Positions 18,563-28,683 of a stretch of DNA of 64,000 nt are shown here, in pieces. Position 1 is the first letter of the stretch. Each line of letters begins with the position of its first letter. Source of the stretch: Gemmatimonadaceae bacterium (GTDB lineage Bacteria; Gemmatimonadota; Gemmatimonadetes; Gemmatimonadales; Gemmatimonadaceae). The stretch covers positions 544,001 to 608,000 of the forward strand of contig JBHYGA010000001.1 of assembly GCA_051859245.1 (NCBI GenBank), in the 5' to 3' direction. The notes beneath the pieces were generated by a model. It did no database searches, was not told the origin of the DNA, and saw only the letters and a list, made by a program, of their open reading frames with translations. A program made the translations under genes and the position numbers.

Positions 18563-20890
18563 TTACGGCAACAGGAGCAAGAGCGCCGAGCATGGTAAAA
18601 GCGATTCCTGAGTTGGCGAGCTTGTTCGATCACCCGTAACTCGCGTAGCGGGTGCAAGCGCGATCACGGCATCGAGCCAGTCGAGTGAAGCCTGCATGTT
18701 ATCGTCACGTGTCACCGATTCCATCAACCGAGCCAGCGCGCGCTCGTCGCCCGCGCCACGCAGCTGCTGCAGTGCACGCAGCGCCACGGACGCGCGCGAC
18801 GCGAGTACCAGTCGATGGCTGATGGAAGCGCGGGCCAACAGCGCCCGTATTGCCAGCTGCGCGCGACGCACGGGCAATGCGACATCGGGCACCAGCTGTT
18901 GCGCCTGCCGTTGACGGAGGTACTGCCGAATCGCGCGATGCACCGCAGCTTCCGCGAGATGCACAGACGTCAGTGCAAACGCCGCGTCACCTGCGGCGCG
19001 TACCTGATCTGCACGCACCACAATCCGCAATAGTTGTTTCGGGTCGAGTGTGACACGAGTCCGTCGCACCCCGTTTGTGAAGGTGCCGCCAATCAGGATC
19101 TGCACCTCAGACGGCGATTCCTGTAGCGCTTCCGGATTCGTCATCACCGCGAGCCACGAGGCCTGTGCATGTCGCGCCACATGTCGCGCCACATGTCGCG
19201 TGACGCCGGTCAAACCGTTCATGGTCTCATCTGACAGCCATTCGCGAAACACACGCGCCAGTGGTGACGACAGTGTTGGCACAGCCACCAGCGTTCGTGC
19301 TGATGGTGCCACGTGCTCTGGCGAAATCGCCACCGCGGCCGCACGCGCCTTTACGCGCAACCGTTCAGCCAGGCGCATGAGCGCAGCGCCGCCGCCTGGT
19401 GGTGACATCGAATACGCGTGCACGGTGTCATGCAGCGACCCGAGTCGCGCAATGCGCCCCTCACGCTGCGCGACGGCGGCGGGTGTCCATGGCATATCGA
19501 GGTGCACCACCACCGCCGCATCTTGCAGATTGACGCCTTCGGCGAGCAAGTCAGTGGTGATTAGCAGGAACACGCGCTCGTGCGCCGGCGGCAGCGGTGC
19601 GCCGTAGGCCCGAGGAGCAACACGCGCGAGCAGCTCATCGCGAGACAGCTTTCCTCCCGCCACTTTGCCGCCGAGCGAGGTGAGTGTGGCCACGCCCTGA
19701 TCCCAGCGTAACAGGCGCCCAATACCGCGCACCGTTTCGGCAAACTGCGAGAACGCCACCACGGCCACACCGCGATGTGAGGCGCGCACTTTCCGCAGCG
19801 ACTCCACGCGCACGCGGTCGAGCGTGGTCGCGATCTGCTGCACGAGTTGCTCAAGTTCGGCAAGCGCCGATGCATGCGTATCCAGCTGCACGCGCGCCTC
19901 CCTCCAGGACGCATCGGCACGCACCGTTGATGCATCATCAAGCAGCAGTTCGGTGAAGCCAAGCTGTACGGTATCTTCCGAAATCGTCCACGCTCGCAGT
20001 TCCTGATTTGTGGGCAAGCGCTGTTCGGCCAGAATCTGCGCCAGCGCAACGGCACGCGCTCGGCGTTTTCGAATCATGGACAGACATGCCGCGCCGCTCG
20101 AGCACCAGGCGCGCACCAGACCCAGTGCGATGAGCGCACCTGCCGCTCGACCATCGCGAGTGGGGAGCGGTGGTGGCAGTGTGGCGAGCGCTCGCGTGAC
20201 GGCGGGCGCGTCGCCAATGGCAAATGGAGCATGCGCCACGAGCGGCGGCGGCTGTACCGCGTGCGCGTTCGCCAGATCCTCGGTATTGCGGCGAACGATC
20301 AGCCGCTGGCGCTGGGCGTGACTGAGTGATTCGGCCCGTGCGCCAAGGAACAGCGCCAGCAGGTGTTGTAAATCCTCCGGGCGATTGTGCACTGGTGTGG
20401 CGGTCAACAACAGCACGTGCGCGCCACGACACCATTGGGCCACGTTCGCGTACCGCAGCGTGGACGGAGTGCGCAGGTGGTGCGCTTCGTCAATGACGAC
20501 AAGGCGCGGTACTTCGCACGCGTGCTGACGCAACGCGGGATCGCGTGAGAACGCATGCAGCGAGTACACAACGGGTCGTGGCTGGATTTGTGTGCGAACA
20601 ATCGTACTGCGCCACATGTGCAGCAGCGCGGCTGGCGCGATGACATGTACTCTTGCATAAGACGCGCCGAGCGCCAGGGCCACGTGTGTCTTGCCCAGTC
20701 CCACGGTGTCGGCGAGCAGCGCACCGTGATATTCGCGGAGCAACGGCGTAAGACGAAGCACGGCCTCCACCTGATGTGCATGCAGGGTTTCCGTTCCCGC
20801 GTACTTCGCCGTGTGCGTGGTCTCGGGCGGCAATCCGAGTCCGGCGCGCGCGAGCACGTTGAAGACAGCGTGTGGCCTGTTTTCACGCAT
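18563..20890 (-). CDS. SNF2/SF2 family helicase (775 aa)
   Basis: LADTVGLGKT, VVIDEAH, LTATPVHN, FSQF, TDLLAEGVNLQ, DMPWTP...QREGRIARLG; ATG at 20890 overlaps the methylase stop. Confidence 0.9.
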   Translation of the reverse strand: MRENRPHAVFNVLARAGLGLPPETTHTAKYAGTETLHAHQVEAVLRLTPLLREYHGALLADTVGLGKTHVALALGASYARVHVIAPAALLHMWRSTIVRTQIQPRPVVYSLHAFSRDPALRQHACEVPRLVVIDEAHHLRTPSTLRYANVAQWCRGAHVLLLTATPVHNRPEDLQHLLALFLGARAESLSHAQRQRLIVRRNTEDLANAHAVQPPPLVAHAPFAIGDAPAVTRALATLPPPLPTRDGRAAGALIALGLVRAWCSSGAACLSMIRKRRARAVALAQILAEQRLPTNQELRAWTISEDTVQLGFTELLLDDASTVRADASWREARVQLDTHASALAELEQLVQQIATTLDRVRVESLRKVRASHRGVAVVAFSQFAETVRGIGRLLRWDQGVATLTSLGGKVAGGKLSRDELLARVAPRAYGAPLPPAHERVFLLITTDLLAEGVNLQDAAVVVHLDMPWTPAAVAQREGRIARLGSLHDTVHAYSMSPPGGGAALMRLAERLRVKARAAAVAISPEHVAPSARTLVAVPTLSSPLARVFREWLSDETMNGLTGVTRHVARHVARHAQASWLAVMTNPEALQESPSEVQILIGGTFTNGVRRTRVTLDPKQLLRIVVRADQVRAAGDAAFALTSVHLAEAAVHRAIRQYLRQRQAQQLVPDVALPVRRAQLAIRALLARASISHRLVLASRASVALRALQQLRGAGDERALARLMESVTRDDNMQASLDWLDAVIALAPATRVTGDRTSSPTQESLLPCSALLLLLP
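19168..19200. repeat. 12-bp tandem repeat CATGTCGCGCCA x2.75 inside the helicase (RHVA repeats)
   Basis: Read directly; frame-preserving. Confidence 0.85.
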
Positions 20891-23800
20891 GTTGCCAATC
20901 CATGAGCGATTGCAGCACGCGCGGATCCAGTCCGTAGGCGGACGCAACCACGTGAATGTGCTCGTCCGGTGACGGAGGGTCGCCGAGTGCGCGTCGACGG
21001 CCAAGTGGCGCGAGCAGGACACGGGCTCGCAGCCAGTCGTTTGGTACGGGCAGCGCGGAGACGGTCCAGCCGAGGAATCGTCGCCACCCGCCACGTGCCG
21101 GTTCGGCGATGGCATCGAGCCAGGCGGAGGCAACGGGCGATGACAACAACGCATCCAGCGCATACGCGTCCTCTATGGCGGGCGTGCGCAGCACGTAGCA
21201 CGTGTTCAGCGGCACGGTCGGATCACCGGCGTCGAGGACACGTGTGCGCAACGTGCGACCAAAGTCGGCCCAGACGAGCCGTGGCGTTTCGAGGCGTGCC
21301 GCTTCGGTGCGAAAGAGTGCCCACCACGGCATGCGATGGCGTGCATCGCTCCGCCCTTCGAGGCGCGGCCGCCACCGTTGCAGCCAGCGCGCAGCCCGGG
21401 GTGGCAACGATGTGAGCGGACGACCATCCAGGCCGTGTGTCCAGACAATACGCAGGTCGACGCGATGTGTGCGATTACTGGCTGACTCCGTGCTTGCCAG
21501 GGCGTGTCCGAGCAGTGCAGGGCGAAGCACAGTGCGCTCGATCGTTCCGGAACGATCGCCGGCGACAACGGTGGCCAGCAAATCATCGTGCTCTCGCGCG
21601 TCGACCAGAAACGCTTCGTTGCAACCACATTTCACGCCCAATGTTGGTCGGCCAAGGCCCGCGTCGCCGAGTGCTGGTCCGCTGCGTCGCAATCGTTCAA
21701 AGGCCGCGCGTACGTCTGGTGGCAGCAGCAGCCACGGTGCCGCGGGTTCAGCGCCAAGCGGGAGGGACACGGCAGGGAGCGCAAACGCATGATCGCGTGC
21801 GCCGCGCATGACGTGGACTTGCACGCGTTCCGTGGCACTGCTGGCCACTGGTGCGCTGGTGCGTTCGGCGACCACGAGTGACGGATACGTGGCCGCATCA
21901 AAAAGTGCGGGTGCGTCGCTCCAGTCGATCACCGTGTGCAAGCGGGTATCGTCGGCGAGTAATCGACGCACGCCGCCGCCGGCCAGTGAACGCCAGAGTT
22001 TGGCGGGCACGAGGAGTGCAAGTACGCCGCCTTCGCGTAGCAGTGAGACGCTGCGTTCAACAAAGGCGGCCGACAGATCGGCCTGCGCGCCAAAGCCTGC
22101 GCCGGCACCGGCGCGCACGGCACCCGCTCGCCATGACGCATCGCGCATGCTGCGGAAGTCGCGTCGCAGATTCAGCCGCTCCGGCATCGTGAGCATGTGC
22201 GGCCGCACCCAGGGCGGATTACCGACAACGAGGTGGAAACCACCGCTCGCGCCGACATCCGCGAGGTGCGCCGCAAAGCGAAAGGGGAGAGCGCCGCCGA
22301 GTGTGAGGCGACGTTCGCGTGACTGCAGTTCGCGCAAGCGGGTGCGTAGTGCGAGGAGTCGGGCTGTATCGGCGCGCGAAGGTTTGGTGCGTTCGCCAAA
22401 GAGATCGCGCGTGCGCAGTTGCGTGATCAACGCTTTTCGTGCGCGACGGGCACTGTCAATCGTGACCGCAAGCTCCGCCAGGGCGCGATTGCGTTCCTCG
22501 CGGTCAAGCGATTTCGCCAGCGATTGTTTGCGCGCACCGACCGCCTGCACGTACCGCCCGCGCAGCTGCGCGAGTCGCCTTCCCGAGGCCGGTGTGTACC
22601 GGAAGTCACCGCCGCTGAGCGAATCGCCGGCGCGGACATGGTGATCAAGGTTGGGAAGGGGCGGTACGCGCAGGGGATCAGTTTCGTGGCAGTCGATCAC
22701 CACCGCGAGCCAGAGGCGCAGTTCACAGAGCCACACCGCGACCGGATTCCGGTCCACGCCGAAAATCGATTCGGCGAGCACATCGCGACGTATCTGATGT
22801 TCATCGCGAGTGTCACCTGCGGCGACACGGAGTCGTGTGAGTTTCTCGAGCAGGTGTACAAGGAACGCGCCCGATCCGCAGGCGGGGTCGAGACATCGCA
22901 GCGCGCGCAACTGCTCCAGACGATCCGGGGCTGCGATCTGATGGCGCAGAGCGGCGTGCAGCGCTTCGGAGACGACCCGTTCCACCAGTGCCGGCGGCGT
23001 GTAAAAGGTGCCGCTGCCGCGACGCTCCGACGGGACCATGAGTGATTCAAAGGCGCGCCCGAGCATTTCCGGATCAACGGCGGACTCGGACCAGCTGGTA
23101 GAGTCTTCCTGTGCCGTAAAGCGATAGCGATCGAGCAGTTCGCCGACGATCGCCACGATGGCGTCGTCGGTAAATCGCACGTGCGAGCGCAGTCGCTCGA
23201 CGGGTGCTGGTGAGAAGAGCCCACCATTCAGAAACGGCACCTTGCCAAAGCGACGTGCGACGGGTGCACGTTGTGCGTACGGTGTGTTGAGCGTGCCGAA
23301 GAACAGGGGGCGCAACCAGCGCTGGTGCAGGTTCCCGCCGCGTTCGAGTGCCGCGGTGCACTCGCGCATGAGAAAGCCGTGATCTTGATCGAGCCAGCCT
23401 TTGGCTTCGAGAAAGGCCAGGAACAACAGGCGCGATGTGGTGAGCAGTGCGAGCGTGTGTCGTTCGTGCGCGGTGGCCGTTCCAACGGCCGTAGTTGCGA
23501 GATTGCGCACAAGTTTGTCGAGCGTGCGATAGAATCGGCCGCAGAGTGCATCGCGCCCGAGCACATCAGTCCAGCGTGCGTACGCGAGCGCGGCGTCGGT
23601 ACGCGGCACACTCGCCATGGCGCGTAGTGTGTCGGCGTCACTGTCCGTAACACGCCGGCGGTCTACGCGAAGTGCGATGACTTTACGGGACGAGCCGCCA
23701 GGTGCGAGCACCGCGAGTGTAATGGAATGCGTTGGCTCATGCAGCAGGCACAACAACCACGACTGCGCGGCGGCGTGCCGGTCCAATGCGGCGGCAATCG

Positions 23801-24041
23801 CACGTGATGCGCTGCGCACATCGCTGTCTGGTGGAACGATGGCCAGCAGCGCACGCAGCGATCCTTCGCCGGCGAATAGTCGTGCGCGCGTAATGCTGGC
23901 GGTCAGGCCGAGTGCGGCGCGGAGCCCCGCGTGCACGACGTGCGCGTTGGCGGTGAAGCCCAGCGCTCGCAGCAGCGGACGCGTGCTGTCGAGGGAATCG
24001 GCGCGGGCGAGCAGGGTGGCGGAAGCGCGTATGGTGAGCAC
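20883..24041 (-). CDS. Large gamma-class N6-adenine DNA methyltransferase (type IIG / Eco57I-like) with C-terminal target-recognition region
   Basis: VPFLNGGLF, DPEMLGRAFE, GTFYTP, DPACGSGAF, GVDRN, VVGNPPW; GTG at 24041 chosen (track uses TTG at 24059). Confidence 0.88.
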   Translation of the reverse strand: MLTIRASATLLARADSLDSTRPLLRALGFTANAHVVHAGLRAALGLTASITRARLFAGEGSLRALLAIVPPDSDVRSASRAIAAALDRHAAAQSWLLCLLHEPTHSITLAVLAPGGSSRKVIALRVDRRRVTDSDADTLRAMASVPRTDAALAYARWTDVLGRDALCGRFYRTLDKLVRNLATTAVGTATAHERHTLALLTTSRLLFLAFLEAKGWLDQDHGFLMRECTAALERGGNLHQRWLRPLFFGTLNTPYAQRAPVARRFGKVPFLNGGLFSPAPVERLRSHVRFTDDAIVAIVGELLDRYRFTAQEDSTSWSESAVDPEMLGRAFESLMVPSERRGSGTFYTPPALVERVVSEALHAALRHQIAAPDRLEQLRALRCLDPACGSGAFLVHLLEKLTRLRVAAGDTRDEHQIRRDVLAESIFGVDRNPVAVWLCELRLWLAVVIDCHETDPLRVPPLPNLDHHVRAGDSLSGGDFRYTPASGRRLAQLRGRYVQAVGARKQSLAKSLDREERNRALAELAVTIDSARRARKALITQLRTRDLFGERTKPSRADTARLLALRTRLRELQSRERRLTLGGALPFRFAAHLADVGASGGFHLVVGNPPWVRPHMLTMPERLNLRRDFRSMRDASWRAGAVRAGAGAGFGAQADLSAAFVERSVSLLREGGVLALLVPAKLWRSLAGGGVRRLLADDTRLHTVIDWSDAPALFDAATYPSLVVAERTSAPVASSATERVQVHVMRGARDHAFALPAVSLPLGAEPAAPWLLLPPDVRAAFERLRRSGPALGDAGLGRPTLGVKCGCNEAFLVDAREHDDLLATVVAGDRSGTIERTVLRPALLGHALASTESASNRTHRVDLRIVWTHGLDGRPLTSLPPRAARWLQRWRPRLEGRSDARHRMPWWALFRTEAARLETPRLVWADFGRTLRTRVLDAGDPTVPLNTCYVLRTPAIEDAYALDALLSSPVASAWLDAIAEPARGGWRRFLGWTVSALPVPNDWLRARVLLAPLGRRRALGDPPSPDEHIHVVASAYGLDPRVLQSLMDWQHA

Positions 24042-24110
24042 GGGCGCATCATGCGCCAACGTCCCGCGCGGTGCGTCACCGAAAAACTGCGCGACGTATC
24101 GTGAGCGTGC

Positions 24111-25271
24111 CTACCGACTCTGATACTGGCGGCCCTTCCACTCCACGTTCTGACCGCGCGCAATGGCCGACGCGCAGATCCAGGCAAACGCCAAGGCGCC
24201 TACCGGTGCCAGCGCGGTGCGCCACAACGGTGTGCGTGAGAACGCCGCGGCCCCGGCAAAACAGAAGACCATGCTGGCCGCGGCCATCGCACTCCACGGA
24301 AGCAGCACCGCGTGCCTGGAAAGGTACGCGAGCGGCACCACAACAAACGGCGCCGCAATCGCGAGCGGAAATCCAACCAGCGCCAGGGGAAACAATACGC
24401 GACCGATTACACCACCACGCATTGCCATGCGTCCACCCGCGTACACATTCTTGCGCCAACCGCGCACCAGCGAATCCCACCCGTCGTACATGCGCGTGGA
24501 CAAGTGCGATTGTCCGAGTGCCAGCGACACACGTCGTCCGGATTGCACGATGCGCTGCGCCATCATCAGGTCTTCCGCCACGGTGTCGCGCACTGCTTCA
24601 TGGCCGCCAATGGCGTCGTACACTGCGCGCGACATGAGAAAACACTGACCGTTCGCGACGACATCTTCCGGTCGGCGCGCTGCTTCGAGCGAACGGGCGC
24701 CACCAAAGCGCGCCAGAATCAGCGCGAACACCACCGGCTGCACCGCGCGCTCCCAGAAGGTGACCATCTCCTGCGTCCCAGAAACCGACAGCAGATCAGC
24801 GTTTCGTTCGCCGCGGACGCGCATCATGCGCGCGATCAACTCGGGCGCGTGACGGGTATCAGCGTCGGTAAACAACAACCATTCGCCGCGTGCCACCTGC
24901 ATGGCAGTGTGACACGCCCACTGTTTGCCGAACCATCCGGCGGCCAGCGGTGGTGCATCGATCACGCGCACACGCGGATCACTTGCCGCCGACGCGCGTG
25001 CCAACGCACCCGTGTCATCGGTGGACCCGTCGTTCACCACGATCAGTTCCCAGTTGGGCCACGTGGTGTTGCGCAGCGCCGCCATACACGCACTGATGTG
25101 CGCGGCTTCGTTGCGTGCTGGCAATACCACCGACACCAGTGGCGCCGGCGCAGGCGGAACGGGCGACGCGTTTTCCAGCCGGGGCGTACCACGCAGTCGC
25201 CACAACACGAACATGGGCACCACGAACCACGGGCTGGCCAGCGCGAGCGCAAGCAGCAGGGATGAGTTCAC
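24111..25271 (-). CDS. Membrane glycosyltransferase family 2 (carotenoid/hopanoid GT-like)
   Basis: PARNE, DGSTD, 'GWFGKQWAC', LLFTDAD, NGQ, AEDL; C-terminal 'EWKGR'. Confidence 0.88.
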   Translation of the reverse strand: MNSSLLLALALASPWFVVPMFVLWRLRGTPRLENASPVPPAPAPLVSVVLPARNEAAHISACMAALRNTTWPNWELIVVNDGSTDDTGALARASAASDPRVRVIDAPPLAAGWFGKQWACHTAMQVARGEWLLFTDADTRHAPELIARMMRVRGERNADLLSVSGTQEMVTFWERAVQPVVFALILARFGGARSLEAARRPEDVVANGQCFLMSRAVYDAIGGHEAVRDTVAEDLMMAQRIVQSGRRVSLALGQSHLSTRMYDGWDSLVRGWRKNVYAGGRMAMRGGVIGRVLFPLALVGFPLAIAAPFVVVPLAYLSRHAVLLPWSAMAAASMVFCFAGAAAFSRTPLWRTALAPVGALAFAWICASAIARGQNVEWKGRQYQSR

Positions 25272-25347
25272 AGAAAGCAGGCCAAAGAGTTCATGAGCTG
25301 AACAATGCGCAGATTGCTCAGTTGGTGCCGCGTCCGTACGTTCACAG

Positions 25348-26280
25348 ATGCATCAAGGCCTCGATTCCGCCGCAGCATTGTTGGAACCAACGCCGCTCAA
25401 GGCTGGCGCACGCGTTGCGCTCGTCTCGCCCGCCGGACCACTACTCGGCGCACACGAAGTGGAGCGCGCAGAAGAGACGGCGCGTTCGCTCGGATGGGAA
25501 CCGGTGGTCGGGGTGCACGCTCTGGCACGCAGCGGATATTTCGCCGGCACTGACGCGGAGCGCGCCGCGGATCTCAATCACGCGCTCGCCGATCACACCA
25601 TTGATGGTATCTGGTGTTTGCGTGGCGGATACGGCGCCATGCGGGTGCTCCCCGATATCAGCATCGAGCTCCTGCGGGAACGCGCGATGCCGTTGATCGG
25701 CTACTCCGACATCACGGCATTGCACGCGGCGTGGCAACGCGCGGGCGTGGTGTCGTATCATGGTCCAACGGCGCGGGCACTGCTCACACCATTCAGTCGC
25801 GAGTCATTGGAAAACGCGGTGCACTATACACGCGGCTCAGCCGGCGTGGCTCCGGACGCACGCACCGTTCGACTGGGGCGCGTGACCGCGAGGCTGACGG
25901 GTGGTAATCTGGCCCTTGTGGCCGCTCTTGCCGGCACGCCTTGGGCGGTGTCCTTCCGGGACAGCATCGCGGTGCTGGAAGACGTGAACGAGGCGACGTA
26001 TCGCGTGGATCGCATGCTGGTACAGCTCAGGCTGGCAGGCGCCTTTGACGGCTGCCGGGGCATTCTCTTCGGACACTGCACCGATTGCCCCGAAAGCAAC
26101 GACGATGGACGGCGTTCGCTCGCTGAACTGGTGCGCGAGTTGGCCGATTCGTTGCAGGTGCCCGCCCTCTTGGGCGTGCCCGTCGGCCATATTTCAGATC
26201 AATGGACGCTTCCATTCGGCGCGCTGGCCACGCTCGACACTGAGGCCCGCATGCTCGACATTCACCGTGACCCGACGTGA
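25348..26280 (+). CDS. ldcA: LD-carboxypeptidase (peptidase S66)
   Basis: RGGYG, GYSDIT (Ser), GGNL, LEDVNE (Glu), VGH (His). Confidence 0.92.
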   Translation: MHQGLDSAAALLEPTPLKAGARVALVSPAGPLLGAHEVERAEETARSLGWEPVVGVHALARSGYFAGTDAERAADLNHALADHTIDGIWCLRGGYGAMRVLPDISIELLRERAMPLIGYSDITALHAAWQRAGVVSYHGPTARALLTPFSRESLENAVHYTRGSAGVAPDARTVRLGRVTARLTGGNLALVAALAGTPWAVSFRDSIAVLEDVNEATYRVDRMLVQLRLAGAFDGCRGILFGHCTDCPESNDDGRRSLAELVRELADSLQVPALLGVPVGHISDQWTLPFGALATLDTEARMLDIHRDPT

Positions 26281-26285
26281 CTATC

Positions 26286-26648
26286 ATGGCGCACAAAACC
26301 GCGCAGCAACTGATCGCTGAAGCAAAGCAGCAGGTTCCGGAAATGACCGTGCACGAACTGCGCGAACTGCAGGCGCAGGGTACGGACTTCATTCTCGTTG
26401 ACGTGCGTGAACAGAACGAGTGGAATCTCGGACACATTCCAGGCGCGGTGTACATCGGTCGCGGCGTGCTGGAGAGCAACGTGGAACAGCGCATTCCACG
26501 CGAAGCGCAAGTGGTGTTGTATTGCCAGTCGGGCAATCGCTCGGCGCTCGCTGGTTATACCATGCAGCAGTTGGGGTACGACAACGTGACCTCGTTGGCC
26601 GGTGGCTGGCGCGATTGGGTGGGAACGGGCGGAGAGGTCGCCGACTGA
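26286..26648 (+). CDS. Rhodanese-like sulfurtransferase
   Basis: DVRE, GHIPGA, YCQSGNRS, LAGG. Confidence 0.93.
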   Translation: MAHKTAQQLIAEAKQQVPEMTVHELRELQAQGTDFILVDVREQNEWNLGHIPGAVYIGRGVLESNVEQRIPREAQVVLYCQSGNRSALAGYTMQQLGYDNVTSLAGGWRDWVGTGGEVAD

Positions 26649-26650
26649 CC

Positions 26651-27274
26651 ATGACGCACGCCGCGGGCGACGCGCTCGACGTTGCACTGCAGCATCCGGT
26701 GATGGTTCGGTTGGTGCAGCGCCTGTCGCAGCACTCGGCACACGAGGCGCCAACTGAAGCCACCGTGCGACTCGCGGCGGTGGCGGCCGTGTTGCGCGTG
26801 TCGCATGAACCCGAGTTGTTGTTCATCAAACGCGCGGAAGCGGTGGGCGACCCATGGAGCGGTCACATGGCGTTTCCGGGCGGTCGGCATGATCCGTCGG
26901 ATCGGGACCTCGTGGATACCGCAGTGCGGGAAACACGCGAAGAAACGTCAATCGATTTGCTCACGAACGGACGCTTGATCGGTGTGCTCGACGATCTCGC
27001 ACCCCGCAGTCCCTCGTTGCCGCGCATCAACATTCGTCCGTACGTGGCGATTGTGCACGCCGATGTGCAGATCGTGCCGAGCTACGAAGTGGCCGCACAT
27101 TTCTGGGTGCCGCTCGCGCAGCTGGCCGAGCCGCTCGCGCAAGCCGAACACGCCATGGAGTTTGACGGTGCGACGCTCAAGTTTCCTGGGTATCGCATTG
27201 GGCCGCACATTGCGTGGGGGTTGACGGAGCGCATTGTGCGGCAGCTGCTGGGAATGTTGCACGACGAGCGTTAG
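26651..27274 (+). CDS. Nudix CoA pyrophosphatase (NudL-like)
   Basis: 'WSGHMAFPGG...AVRETREE', 'AWGLT'; ATG at 26651. Confidence 0.9.
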   Translation: MTHAAGDALDVALQHPVMVRLVQRLSQHSAHEAPTEATVRLAAVAAVLRVSHEPELLFIKRAEAVGDPWSGHMAFPGGRHDPSDRDLVDTAVRETREETSIDLLTNGRLIGVLDDLAPRSPSLPRINIRPYVAIVHADVQIVPSYEVAAHFWVPLAQLAEPLAQAEHAMEFDGATLKFPGYRIGPHIAWGLTERIVRQLLGMLHDER

Positions 27275-27319
27275 CTCGCGACCGCCGCACGCGCGTGTGC
27301 TGCACTGCAGGCTATAGGG

Positions 27320-28489
27320 CTACTTGCTGAGCGCGTAGTGCACGATGGAGACGAGATCATCGTCGTCGATCACTGCGAGCCAGAGGGACATGCCGCGCGC
27401 TTTGACCGGCATGCCGTACGTGAGTTTTCCCGGAATCGTCACGCGTGCAACATGCGCACCTTTCGCGTCATGGACATCAAATACGGTTGTGTTGAGACCG
27501 AAGACGGCGGTGTGCTGTATCCAGAGTCTGCCGTCGTCGTCAACCGAAAGACCGGCAATGCCGGGTTTCTGCACAGGAATCTTGGCTGGGTCGAAGTCTG
27601 ATGTTTTGTAGGTCGACAAGCGTTGCCGAATTAACGCTATCTGCTCATCGCGCTCCGCTTTGCTAACCGGCAGGGGCGGTATGCGCACGCTGGTTCGCGC
27701 CAGTGTATCGCGCTTACCGAACGGCAGTAATGCTACGAAGGTAGACTGCGGACCAGCGCACCAGATCGCGCTTTGCCCGTTCGCGGCCACACCGCCGCCG
27801 GTAGTGAACGGATACTGGCCCCCAGTTGAGCCAACGCCAGGTGTCTCCGCCCGGTAAATGCTTCGCACGGCGGGCTCACTGCACGTGGGTGCGTCGAAGC
27901 TCCCGCGGTCCACGCCGGTCGCATCAACACGACGCCACACTCGCCCGTCTGAACCACCTTCTGCGACGATTGTGGCATCGATCATTTCGCGTGTTGCGGC
28001 GTTGTAGAAGCCGCCCCATCGATACGAGTATCCGGCGATCGGCAGCACGTGTTGTCGAGCAAAGGTACCGCTGGTGTTGAATACCGTGAGTCGACCGTTC
28101 GATGGATCATTCACCCACACGGTACCATCGCCTGCTACCGCCATGCCGTTGGCGTTGCGAAGCTCGCCCGGCCCACTGCCTCTGCGACTCACCTTGCCAA
28201 GCGGCGCGCCACTCGACGAGTAGCGCCAGATCTGTTGCTCTTTGAAATCCAGCACCCAGAGCGATTGATCGCGCAGCACGACGAAATCACGAACCTGACC
28301 AAAACCCTCGCCGGCCTCCGTGCCGTCCACGCGCCATCGTTCGGTTGCTTTCCAGCTGGCCAACGCGGACTGCACCGAAGCAATGGTGCTCATTGAAAAC
28401 ACGGCCGCAGCAAGCGGCAGTGTATACATCGCGAGAAACCTTGCAGCGACTCGTCGTGCGGATTGGTAGCGCGCACTGCGATCAATCAC
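27320..28489 (-). CDS. Six-bladed beta-propeller (NHL-like) secreted protein
   Basis: 'RRGSGPGEL', 'VDDDGRLW', repeated blade-like segments; start uncertain. Confidence 0.75.
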   Translation of the reverse strand: MIDRSARYQSARRVAARFLAMYTLPLAAAVFSMSTIASVQSALASWKATERWRVDGTEAGEGFGQVRDFVVLRDQSLWVLDFKEQQIWRYSSSGAPLGKVSRRGSGPGELRNANGMAVAGDGTVWVNDPSNGRLTVFNTSGTFARQHVLPIAGYSYRWGGFYNAATREMIDATIVAEGGSDGRVWRRVDATGVDRGSFDAPTCSEPAVRSIYRAETPGVGSTGGQYPFTTGGGVAANGQSAIWCAGPQSTFVALLPFGKRDTLARTSVRIPPLPVSKAERDEQIALIRQRLSTYKTSDFDPAKIPVQKPGIAGLSVDDDGRLWIQHTAVFGLNTTVFDVHDAKGAHVARVTIPGKLTYGMPVKARGMSLWLAVIDDDDLVSIVHYALSK

Positions 28490-28683
28490 GGTAGCCTCCG
28501 GGGCAAGAAAGTCTCGAGGCTCGCGCGATGGCAGAGCCGAAGTGGCGTGCTACGGATTCTTCCGTATCCTGCCGATTCGCACGCGCGCTGTCAACACAAT
28601 TGGAGACGGTGCCGCGCAGAAGTTTTGCGTGCGAGCCTCGGTTGAGATAACTCTCAGATACGACCTCCCACAATCACTTGATC

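Noticed and set aside
20891..21163. N-terminal extension of the helicase given in the ORF track
   Set aside because: Lies inside the methylase gene; ATG at 20890 gives a standard stop/start overlap
18563..24041. Calling the locus DISARM or BREX
   Set aside because: No drmA/B/C, pglZ or brxC-like genes in the window
24111..25271. Specific assignment as a carotenoid glycosyltransferase linked to the CrtC-like fusion
   Set aside because: Motifs are shared with hopanoid and other GT2 enzymes, and no crt genes are in the window
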